Shown: piece after piece, positions 11,812 to 19,351 of the stretch | Layout of the letters: every line of letters begins with the position of its first letter | Numbering within the stretch: position 1 is the first letter of the stretch | DNA from: Candidatus Methylomirabilia bacterium | GTDB taxonomy: Bacteria; Methylomirabilota; Methylomirabilia; Rokubacteriales; CSP1-6 | Assembly: GCA_041497895.1 (NCBI GenBank) | Contig: JBGQHJ010000071.1 | Coordinates: 1 to 24,624, forward strand | DNA: 24,624 bases | Direction: 5' to 3' | The notes under the pieces: generated by a model | Seen by the model: the letters and a program-made list of their open reading frames with translations, nothing else | Told to the model about the DNA's origin: nothing | Databases searched by the model: none | Program-made: the position numbers and the translations under genes

Positions 11812-12581
11812 CGTCCTCCGACCCGCCGACCGCGGTCGGCGCCCTCGATCTCTCCATCGTCGTACCGGTATACAACGAGGAGGAGAACCTCCCGCTGCTG
11901 TGGTCGGAGATCCGCCAGGTGCTCGAGCCGGCCGGGCTGCGCTACGAGGTCATCTTCGTGGACGACGGCAGCCGCGACCGGAGCGCGGAGATCGTCCGCG
12001 GCTTCCGCGAGCAGGACCCGCGCGTGCGGCTGGTGCGGCTGAAGGCCAACGCGGGGGAGACCGCCGCCACCGACGCGGGTATCAAGTCGGTACGCGGCCG
12101 GTACGTGGTGGTGATGGACGCGGACCTCCAGAACGATCCCCGCGACATCCCGGGCATGCTCGCGCACCTGGACCAGTGGGACGCGGTGACCGGGTGGCGC
12201 GTCAACCGGGCCGCGGGCGACTCCTGGGTGCGGCGTCTCTCCTCCCGGATCGCCAACCGGGTGCGCAATCGCCTGAGCGCGGAGACGATCCAGGACAGCG
12301 GGTGCACGTTCCGCGCGTTCCGGCGCGAGTGTCTGCGCGACCTGGCCCTCTACAAGGGCTTCCACCGGTTCATCCCGACGCTGCTCAAGATGCGGGGCTT
12401 CCGGGTCCTGGAGGTGCCGGTCAACCACCGGCCGCGCCGATTCGGCGTGTCCAAGTACGGCATCGGCAACCGGGCGGTGCGCGCCTTCGTGGACCTGCTG
12501 GTGGTCCGCTGGATGAAGGACCGGCTGCTGCGCTACGAGATCGCCGAGGACGTGGGCGGCGAGGGCGGGGACCCGCGGTGA
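11808..12581 (+). CDS. GT2 glycosyltransferase (DPM1/ArnC-like polyprenol-phosphate glycosyltransferase)
   Basis: SIVVPVYNEEEN, VDDGSRD, MDADLQNDP, DSGC, HRFIP, VNHRPRRFGVSKY; GTG start overlaps the ubiX stop. Confidence 0.9.
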   Translation: MTSSDPPTAVGALDLSIVVPVYNEEENLPLLWSEIRQVLEPAGLRYEVIFVDDGSRDRSAEIVRGFREQDPRVRLVRLKANAGETAATDAGIKSVRGRYVVVMDADLQNDPRDIPGMLAHLDQWDAVTGWRVNRAAGDSWVRRLSSRIANRVRNRLSAETIQDSGCTFRAFRRECLRDLALYKGFHRFIPTLLKMRGFRVLEVPVNHRPRRFGVSKYGIGNRAVRAFVDLLVVRWMKDRLLRYEIAEDVGGEGGDPR

Positions 12582-13552
12582 GGGTGCTGCTGATCGGGTT
12601 GGGTCGCTGGGGCGAAAAGCACCTGCGCGTGCTCGGAGAGCTCGGGGTGGAGCTGTGGGTCGCCGACGTCTCGGCCGAGCGCCGCGCGTTCGCGGTCAGG
12701 GCCGGCGTAGTCGCCACGCGCGCGGTGGAAGACTTCCGGCTCGCGCTGCCCCACGTGGACGCGGTCGATATCGTCACGCCCGCCGACAACCATCTGGACC
12801 TGGCCCGGGAGTGCCTGCGCGCGGGCCGCGACTGCTTCATCGAGAAGCCGCTGACCCTCACGGTGGACGAGGGACGGCGTCTCGCCGGCGTCGTCGCGGA
12901 GACCGGGCGCGTGCTCCAGGTGGGCCACATCTTCCGGTTCCACCCGGTGACCACCGCGCTGCGCGACCGTCTCACCGCGGGTGCGCTCGGCTGCGTGCGC
13001 TACTGCACCGGGCGCTTCGCCGGCTTCAAGCGCCCGCGCGCCGACGTGGGCGTGACCCAGACCGACGCCATCCACTACTTCGATCTCTTCGCGTATCTGC
13101 TCGAGCGCGAGGCGACCGCGGTCACCGCGACGCTGCGCGACTACCTGGGCCGCGGCCTGGACGATTGCTCGTTCACCACGGTGGAGTACGGGGACGTCCC
13201 CGCCTTCGTCGAGGCGGGCTACTTCGCGCCCGGCACCTACCGCGATTGTGTGATCGTCGGCGAGCACGCCACGCTCGACGCCGACTTCGGGACCTCGGAA
13301 GTGCGCGTGCTCGCCAACCGTCACGTGGAGACCGCGACGGGCTGGCAGGCGCCCGAAGGCGCGGTCGAGTGCTTCAAGGCCTCGGGCCCCGAGCCGCTGC
13401 GGCGCGAGCTCGAGCTGTTCCTCGACGCGGCGGCCCGTCGCGACCGTCCCGCGGTGGACGTCCAGGCGGGGCTGGCCGCGATGCGCACGGTCGAGGCGGC
13501 GCAGCGCTCGTCCACGCTCGGCCGTCGCGTCACCCTCGCCGAGCTCGCGTAG
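12578..13552 (+). CDS. Gfo/Idh/MocA family NAD(P)-dependent oxidoreductase
   Basis: IGLGRWG Rossmann motif, IVTP...H, EKP, VGHIFRFHP, DAIHYFD. Confidence 0.9.
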   Translation: MRVLLIGLGRWGEKHLRVLGELGVELWVADVSAERRAFAVRAGVVATRAVEDFRLALPHVDAVDIVTPADNHLDLARECLRAGRDCFIEKPLTLTVDEGRRLAGVVAETGRVLQVGHIFRFHPVTTALRDRLTAGALGCVRYCTGRFAGFKRPRADVGVTQTDAIHYFDLFAYLLEREATAVTATLRDYLGRGLDDCSFTTVEYGDVPAFVEAGYFAPGTYRDCVIVGEHATLDADFGTSEVRVLANRHVETATGWQAPEGAVECFKASGPEPLRRELELFLDAAARRDRPAVDVQAGLAAMRTVEAAQRSSTLGRRVTLAELA

Positions 13553-13626
13553 CCTTGGACTCGCGGCCCCGCCGCGGACGGGCTCGGGTACACTCGGATC
13601 GTGGATGCTTACCGGGAGGATTCTAC

Positions 13627-13713
13627 TGGTGCCGAAGGGGGGACTCGAACCCCCACACCCTTGCGGGCACATGACCCTGAATCATGCGCGTCTGCCAATT
13701 CCGCCACTTCGGC
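13627..13713 (-). tRNA. tRNA-Leu(CAG)
   Basis: GCCGAAGTGGCGGAATTGGCAGACGCG...; anticodon arm CATGA-TTCAGGG-TCATG, long variable arm, GTTCGAG T-loop, encoded CCA; 87 nt. Confidence 0.97.
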
Positions 13714-13728
13714 CCGGGCAAGGACTTC

Positions 13729-13756
13729 ATCTTACGGACCGCGACCATGAAGTCAA
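13729..13756 (-). promoter_or_regulatory. sigma70-type promoter of tRNA-Leu
   Basis: Minus strand TTGACT, 16 nt spacer, TAAGAT, 15 nt before the tRNA 5' end. Confidence 0.6.
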
Positions 13757-13789
13757 GGGGCCGAGCGGGCCGGGGGCGCTGAGCGGGCC

Positions 13790-14251
13790 ATGGCCGACGA
13801 GAAGGTAATCTCCACCAACCGGAAGGCCTTCCACGACTATTCCATCCTCGAGACCTACGAGGCGGGGCTCGTGCTGAAGGGGACCGAGGTGAAGTCGCTC
13901 CGGGAAGCCCAGGTCAACTTCAAGGACTGCTACGCGACCATCGACAACAACGAGGCCTGGCTGATCGGCTGCTACATCAGCCCCTACCACCACGGTACGG
14001 ACGCCAATCACGATCCGGAGCGACGGCGCAAGCTGCTGCTCCACAAGCGGGAGATCTCGCGGCTGCTGGGCAAGATCGCCGAGCGTGGGTTGACCCTGAT
14101 CCCCCTTCGTCTATACTTCAAGGAAGGGCGAGTGAAGGTCGAGCTCGGCCTGGCCCGCGGCAAGAAGCTCCACGACAAGCGCGCGACCCTCCGGGAGCGC
14201 GAGAGCCGGCGGGAGATGGAAAAGGAAACACGCGCCCGGCAACGGGCGTAG
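13790..14251 (+). CDS. smpB: SsrA-binding protein
   Basis: NRKAFHDY, EAGLVLKGTEVKSLR, RKLLLHKREI, GKKLHDKR. Confidence 0.98.
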   Translation: MADEKVISTNRKAFHDYSILETYEAGLVLKGTEVKSLREAQVNFKDCYATIDNNEAWLIGCYISPYHHGTDANHDPERRRKLLLHKREISRLLGKIAERGLTLIPLRLYFKEGRVKVELGLARGKKLHDKRATLRERESRREMEKETRARQRA

Positions 14252-14253
14252 AA

Positions 14254-14609
14254 GGGGGCGACTGGTTTCGACGGGGATCAGTGACGCACAGGTGGCATCA
14301 CGAGGTGCTCTCTCCTCGTAAAACTGGGGGCACGGTTATAGCTGCCGACACTCAGCTAGCTCTGGCGGCCTAACACCCGCTAGCGTTCTCCGGATCGGGT
14401 CAACGGGGTCCGGGTCAGAACGTCATATACCGGTGACTGGCTCCGATCCCCGCTCCGGGGTGAGGGGCGAGAACTACAGGAGCTGGCTGATCGGTGACCC
14501 GGCCGGTTGGGGGGCCGAGAGGCGAGACGCACGAGATAACCGGCTAATGATGTAGATGCCTGTTGCCGAGGGTTTCCGGACGTGGGTTCGATGCCCACCG
14601 CCTCCACCA
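14254..14609 (+). ncRNA. ssrA: tmRNA; tag reading frame (A)ADTQLALAA* at 14344-14373
   Basis: 5' GGGGGCG...TTTCGAC pairs with 3' CGCCTCC-ACCA with the G3-U Ala identity pair; T-arm GTGGG-TTCGATG-CCCAC; tag ends ALAA-TAA; 2 nt downstream of smpB. Confidence 0.96.
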
Positions 14610-14616
14610 TGTGACG

Positions 14617-14650
14617 CCGCCCGCCGGTCGCGATCCCGACCGGCGGGCGG
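14617..14650. terminator. Probable bidirectional terminator hairpin between ssrA and the convergent gene
   Basis: CCGCCCGCCGGTCG-CGATCC-CGACCGGCGGGCGG perfect 14-bp stem. Confidence 0.7.
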
Positions 14651-14658
14651 TGCTGTGT

Positions 14659-15633
14659 TCACTCCTGGTGACAGGCCATGCAGGCGAACGCCGAACGGAC
14701 CATGAGCGTCGGCGCACCGGACGCCGGCTCGGCGCGGCGGAAGGCCTCGACGTTGGCGGCTGCGCTCGCGATCCGCGCCTCCAGCACCGCGCGGTAGGGC
14801 CACGTCCCGACCTCGCGCGCGAGCCGGGCATTGCGATACATCACCACCGCGGTCTCGGGCCGGCCCGCTTTGACCAGCATGTCGCCGAAGTTGAGGAAGA
14901 AGCCCTCGAAGTTGTGCGGGGCGATCCACGAGTTCCAGCACACCCGCCTCGGCCCCTCCCGCGTCTCGAGCCGCATGTAGCGCGCGTAGTCCGGGTTGGC
15001 GCGATCGACCGTCTCCCCGACGCAGACGTCGAGGTTCCGCCACTGCTGTTCGAGCGCCTCGCGGTAGCGCTCGGACTCGACCGCCTGGGTGGAGGCGGTG
15101 TAGCCGGCGGTGAACAGGTTGAACTCGGGCCAGGCGGTCACCGCGTCCTTCATCGTGTAGTAGCCGCGGCGCACCATCTTCTCGTCCTTGTGGATGGTGC
15201 CCTCGGCCATCAGCAGGCTCGCGTAGAAGCCCAGGTAGCGCGCCTCCTTCGGATCGAGCCGCACCGCCTCCTCGAAGTACTTGCGCGCGAGCACCGCGTC
15301 GTCGGTGATCTCGGGCCGGACCGGCTCGTGCCGGACCCGCTCGCCGAGACGCCAGATGTGCATCCACCCCACGTGCGAGGCGGTGACCGCGTCGCTGGGG
15401 TTGGCGAGGTAGGCGGCCTTCAGCGCGGTCAGCGCCTCCGGGATCCGATCGTAGGCCCCGCCGTGCAGCGTGGCCCAGAAGATCTTGTCGGCCTCCACGG
15501 CGGCGGGGGTGCGCTCGGCGCTGGCGGTCTTCTCCGGCGCGGCCCAGACCGCGACCCGTCCGCAGCCCGCCGCGACGAGCGCGGTGAGCGCGACGACCAG
15601 CAATGTTCCCCGGAGCACGTGATGGCGGATCAT
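14659..15633 (-). CDS. Hypothetical lipoprotein with C-terminal CxxCH (possible monoheme c-type cytochrome), helical/TPR-like body
   Basis: Start MIRHHVLRG with SD GGGAGG; hydrophobic signal ending LVAAG-C lipobox; ends ...FACMACHQE*. Confidence 0.75.
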   Translation of the reverse strand: MIRHHVLRGTLLVVALTALVAAGCGRVAVWAAPEKTASAERTPAAVEADKIFWATLHGGAYDRIPEALTALKAAYLANPSDAVTASHVGWMHIWRLGERVRHEPVRPEITDDAVLARKYFEEAVRLDPKEARYLGFYASLLMAEGTIHKDEKMVRRGYYTMKDAVTAWPEFNLFTAGYTASTQAVESERYREALEQQWRNLDVCVGETVDRANPDYARYMRLETREGPRRVCWNSWIAPHNFEGFFLNFGDMLVKAGRPETAVVMYRNARLAREVGTWPYRAVLEARIASAAANVEAFRRAEPASGAPTLMVRSAFACMACHQE

Positions 15634-15691
15634 GGTACCCTCCCGCGCGAGATTGCAGGGCGCGTGCCCGCCGAGCCCGTCGTCAACGCGC

Positions 15692-15721
15692 ACATTAACG
15701 ATGTTAAGTTATGACTGTCAA
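15692..15721 (-). promoter_or_regulatory. sigma70 promoter for the lipoprotein gene, overlapped by a putative TetR operator
   Basis: Minus strand TTGACA (15721-15716), 18 nt spacer, TAATGT (15697-15692); dyad TTAAC-GAT-GTTAA at 15695-15707. Confidence 0.6.
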
Positions 15722-16361
15722 GCTCAAGCGCCGCCGTCCACCGTCGCCTCGTCGCCGCGCCCGCGCGGCCGTCGGGAGCTTGCACGACACCCTCGTCGAC
15801 GCGGCGGTGGCACTGATCGCGCGCAAGGGGCCCCAGGGCTTCAGCCTGCGCGAGGTGGCGCGGCGGGCGCATGTCTCCGAGTCTGCGCCCTACTGGCACT
15901 TCGCCGATCGGGAAGCGCTACTGGCCGCGGTGGCCGAGCGGGGCTTCGTTGAGCTGGCGGAGCAGATGATGGAGATCTGGTCGCGGGCCGCCGGGCCGGG
16001 CGAGCGCTTCCGCGCGCTGGGTGTCGGCTATGTCCACTTCGCGGTCGCCCATCCCTCGTATCTGCGGGTGATGTTCGGCTCCGACGTCCCGGACAAGGCG
16101 GTACACCCCGCCCTGGAAGAAGCGGCGACGCGGACCTTCGGGCTGCTGGTCCAGGCGATCACCGAGTGCCAGGAGGCGAAGCAGGTGCGGGGCGGTGATG
16201 CGCAGACCCTTGCGGTGGCCGCCTGGTCGATCGTGCACGGCCTAGCCGCGCTGCTGGTCGACGGCAAGCTGAAGAACCACGCGGGCTCCGCTGCGGCTGC
16301 GGAGCAGCTGGCCCAGACGGTCACCGGCATCTTCATGCAGGGCATGGCTCGGCGCCGGTGA
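15711..16361 (+). CDS. TetR/AcrR family regulator (WHG-like C-terminal domain)
   Basis: FSLREVARRAHVSESAPYWHFADREALL HTH; C-terminal WSIVHG. Confidence 0.93.
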   Translation: MTVKLKRRRPPSPRRRARAAVGSLHDTLVDAAVALIARKGPQGFSLREVARRAHVSESAPYWHFADREALLAAVAERGFVELAEQMMEIWSRAAGPGERFRALGVGYVHFAVAHPSYLRVMFGSDVPDKAVHPALEEAATRTFGLLVQAITECQEAKQVRGGDAQTLAVAAWSIVHGLAALLVDGKLKNHAGSAAAAEQLAQTVTGIFMQGMARRR

Positions 16362-16930
16362 GGCGGTTCGGGCTCCTCGCCGGGGTCGTCGCGCTCGTGG
16401 TACTGGTGTGCGCGTCCGAGGCGTCCGCCGAACGGGAATGGGCGGCCACCCTGCTGGGCGGCCAGTACTCCGGGAACAAGCTGCTCGATTTCCCCGACGC
16501 GTTCGACTTCAAGGACTCCTACGCTGCGGGGCTCTCCGTCTCCTACCAGTTCGTGGACTGGGGGCCCCACATGCGGTGGGAGCTCGAGGGCCAGGTGCTC
16601 AAGCACTTCGGCGAGCAGGAGCACGTCGAGCTCGTCGCCTCGATCAACGTGCGCTGGATCACGTTCCCGTGGAACCGCTACCTGGACACCTCGTTCGCCT
16701 TCGGCGGCGGTCTCTCGCAGGCCACCGAGGTCCCGGTGCTCGAGCGACGGGATCCGGACAGCAGCGAGGCGTCCGCGCTCCTGCACTACCTCATGGTGGA
16801 GGCCGCCTTCGGGCTACCCGGGTCGCCCTGGAGCGTGGTGGCCCGCCTGCATCATCGCTCGGGGGTCTTCGGCCTGTTCTCCCACAGCGGCTCCAACCTG
16901 GTCGAGTTCGGCCTGCGCTACCGCTTCTAG
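16358..16930 (+). CDS. Small outer-membrane beta-barrel protein (PagL/acyloxyacyl hydrolase-like)
   Basis: Signal peptide ending ASA, alternating amphipathic strands, RLHHRSG...SN motif, C-terminal GLRYRF (BAM signal). Confidence 0.7.
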   Translation: MRRFGLLAGVVALVVLVCASEASAEREWAATLLGGQYSGNKLLDFPDAFDFKDSYAAGLSVSYQFVDWGPHMRWELEGQVLKHFGEQEHVELVASINVRWITFPWNRYLDTSFAFGGGLSQATEVPVLERRDPDSSEASALLHYLMVEAAFGLPGSPWSVVARLHHRSGVFGLFSHSGSNLVEFGLRYRF

Positions 16931-19269
16931 GCCGGCGGCCGCCCGGCCTTCGCGTCCTGGATGGCCCGCCAGACGCGGTCGCTGCTGGCGGGCATGTCGA
17001 GCTGGCGTACCCCCAGCGGCGCGAGCGCGTCCATCACCGCGTTGATCACCACGGGCAGCGCGCCGACCGTCCCGGCCTCGCCCGCTCCCTTGGCCCCGAG
17101 CGGGTTGAGCGCGGTGGGGACCGGATGGCTCTCGATCGCCAGGTCGCAGAAGGTGTCGGCCCGGGGCATCGCGTATTCCATGAACGACGCGGTCAGGAGC
17201 TGGCCGGAGCCCGCCTCGTACACCACCTGCTCCATGAGGGCCTGGCCCACGCCCTGCGCCACGCCTCCGTGGATCTGGCCCTTCAGCGTGAGCGGGTTGA
17301 TCACGGTGCCGACGTCGTCGGCGATGGCGTAGCGGTCGAGCGTGACGTCGCCGGTGTCCGGATCCACCTCCACCTCGCAGACGTGGCAGCCGTTCGGCCA
17401 CGTGGCCTGCTTCGGCGCGAAGGTCCCGGTCTCGTAGAGGCCGGGCTCGAGCCCGGGCGGGAGCTGGGGGGGCTGGAAGGCGGCGCGGGCCACCTCCTTG
17501 AGCGCCACCGCGCGGTCGGTCCCGACCACGGAGAACTTGCCGTCCCCGAAGCTCACGTCGGCCTCGGCCGCCTCGAGGAGCCGGGCCGCGATCTTGCGGC
17601 CCTTGGCGATTACCTTGTCGGCGGCCATCCACAGCGCGGTGCCGCCGATCACGGTCGAGCGCGAGCCCATGGTGCCCATGCCGAAGCCCACCCGGTCGGT
17701 GTCGCCGTCGATGTAGCGGACGTCGGACGGGTCGAGGCCGAGCCGCTCGTGGAGGATCTGCTTGAAGGTGGTCTCGTGGCCCTGGCCCTGGTTCTTGGTC
17801 CCCATGAACACGGTGGCGCTGCCGCTCGGGGCGAAGCGGATCTCGGCGAACTCGGGCTGCGGCCCCGCCGCCTGCTCGATGGCGTTGACCACCGCGAGCC
17901 CGCGCAGGCGGCCGCGGGCCCGCGAGGCCTCGCGACGGACGGGGAAGCCGGCCACGTCCGCCAGCCGGAGCGCGCCGTCCATGCAGCGCTCGAACTCGCC
18001 GCAGTCGTAGGTGACCCCGAGCGCGGTGCGATAGGGCATCGCGGAGGCGGGGATCAGGTTCAGCCGCCGCAGCGCGAGCCGATCCATCCCGAGCTCGCGG
18101 GCCGCGTCGTCGATGAGGCGCTCGATGACGTAGGTCGCTTCCGGCCGGCCGGCCCCGCGGTAGGGCGCGGTCGCGTTGGTGTTGGTCAGCACCGAGTGCA
18201 CCGCGACGTGCGCGGCCGGGAACGCATAGACCCCGACCAGGGTCGCGATGTTGCTGAAGGTGGCGAGCAGGTTGCGGTCCGACGAGACGTAGGCGCCCAC
18301 GTTGGCGAACGTCTGCACGCGCAGGGCGAGGAAGCGACCGTCGGCGTCGAGGGCCAGCTCGGCCACGCTCACGTTGTCACGCGCGTGCTCGTCGGCCGGG
18401 ATCGCCTCCCGACGCTCGCACTGCCACTTGACCGGCCGGCCGATCTTGCGCGCGGCCCAGAGCACCAGGCGATGCTCGGCGTACTGCCAGCCCTTCGTGC
18501 CGAACGCGCCGCCCACGTCGCCCGCGATCACCCGGATCTGGTGCTCGGGGATCTTGAAGATGTTGCCGGCCAGTGCGTTGCGCACGCGGTGCGGATACTG
18601 GACGTCGGCGTGGAGCGTGTAGCGATCCTCGCCCGGGTCGTACACCCCGAGCGCGCCCCGCGGCTCCATGTACTGGGCGTGCACGCGCGTGATGACGTAG
18701 CGGCGCCGCACCCGGTGGGCGGCCCGCGCGAAGGCGGCGTCGGTGGCCGCCTTGTCGCCGAGCTGGTGCAGGTTCGACACGTTGTCCGGGCACTCGTCCC
18801 AGACCGGCGGGGTGCCCGGCTGCGAGGCGGTGGCGGTGTCGGTCACCGACGGGAGCGCCTCGTAGTCCACGCGAAGCAGCTCGGCCGCGTCCTCGGCCTG
18901 CGCGCGGGTCTCGGCCACCACCATGGCCACCGGATCGCCGACGTGGCGCGCGCGGTCCACCGCCAGGCCGCGGTGAGGGGGCGCGAACATGGGCGAGCCG
19001 TCGGGGCGCGTGCGCTTGAGGGTCATCTTCATGGTGCCGAGGCCGTCGCGCGCCACGTCGGCCCCCGTAAAGACGGCGAGGACGCCCGCGGCTCGCCGCG
19101 CCGCGTCGGCGTCGATCGAGCGGATGCGGGCGTGGGCGTGCGGGGAGCGGACCAGCACCGCGTGGACCTGGTTGGGCAGGTTCACGTCGGCGTGGAAGCG
19201 CCCTTCGCCGCGCAGCAGGCGGACGTCCTCGAAGCGCTTGATGGACTGGCCGATGCCGAATTGGCCCAT
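16927..19269 (-). CDS. Xanthine dehydrogenase family molybdopterin-binding large subunit (CoxL-like, not form I)
   Basis: R.ED.RLLRG, RSPHAHARI, VGGAFG, PYRGAGRPE, GQGHET, QIHGGVAQG, KGAGE; alternative GTG start at 19287. Confidence 0.93.
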   Translation of the reverse strand: MGQFGIGQSIKRFEDVRLLRGEGRFHADVNLPNQVHAVLVRSPHAHARIRSIDADAARRAAGVLAVFTGADVARDGLGTMKMTLKRTRPDGSPMFAPPHRGLAVDRARHVGDPVAMVVAETRAQAEDAAELLRVDYEALPSVTDTATASQPGTPPVWDECPDNVSNLHQLGDKAATDAAFARAAHRVRRRYVITRVHAQYMEPRGALGVYDPGEDRYTLHADVQYPHRVRNALAGNIFKIPEHQIRVIAGDVGGAFGTKGWQYAEHRLVLWAARKIGRPVKWQCERREAIPADEHARDNVSVAELALDADGRFLALRVQTFANVGAYVSSDRNLLATFSNIATLVGVYAFPAAHVAVHSVLTNTNATAPYRGAGRPEATYVIERLIDDAARELGMDRLALRRLNLIPASAMPYRTALGVTYDCGEFERCMDGALRLADVAGFPVRREASRARGRLRGLAVVNAIEQAAGPQPEFAEIRFAPSGSATVFMGTKNQGQGHETTFKQILHERLGLDPSDVRYIDGDTDRVGFGMGTMGSRSTVIGGTALWMAADKVIAKGRKIAARLLEAAEADVSFGDGKFSVVGTDRAVALKEVARAAFQPPQLPPGLEPGLYETGTFAPKQATWPNGCHVCEVEVDPDTGDVTLDRYAIADDVGTVINPLTLKGQIHGGVAQGVGQALMEQVVYEAGSGQLLTASFMEYAMPRADTFCDLAIESHPVPTALNPLGAKGAGEAGTVGALPVVINAVMDALAPLGVRQLDMPASSDRVWRAIQDAKAGRPPA

Positions 19270-19317
19270 GACGGCGCAGCCTATCACAAATCCTCCTTAG
19301 CGGCCCCGACGCTCCGT

Positions 19318-19326
19318 TGCTAGAAT
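19318..19326 (+). promoter_or_regulatory. Extended -10 promoter (TGcTAGAAT) for amidase-rph-rdgB
   Basis: TGn-TAGAAT in the divergent gap; overlaps the ORF-track ATG (19325), which favours a start at 19352. Confidence 0.5.
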
Positions 19327-19351
19327 GACGGATGCTCCGGGTGCGACGATC

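Noticed and set aside
13605..13808. 67-aa ORF with an upstream TACACT box
   Set aside because: Antisense shadow of tRNA-Leu; no correctly spaced -35.
14380..14610. 76-aa minus-strand ORF (MVEAVGIEPTS...)
   Set aside because: Typical antisense shadow of tmRNA.
16927..19269. Aerobic CO dehydrogenase (coxL form I) call
   Set aside because: Lacks the AYxCSFR Cu-binding loop and adjacent coxMS.
16408..19323. 971-aa plus-strand ORF and other long antisense ORFs (2467-3537, 3559-4947, 5157-6512, 9143-10846, 18377-20527)
   Set aside because: Stop-poor shadows of real genes in high-GC DNA; no recognisable motifs.
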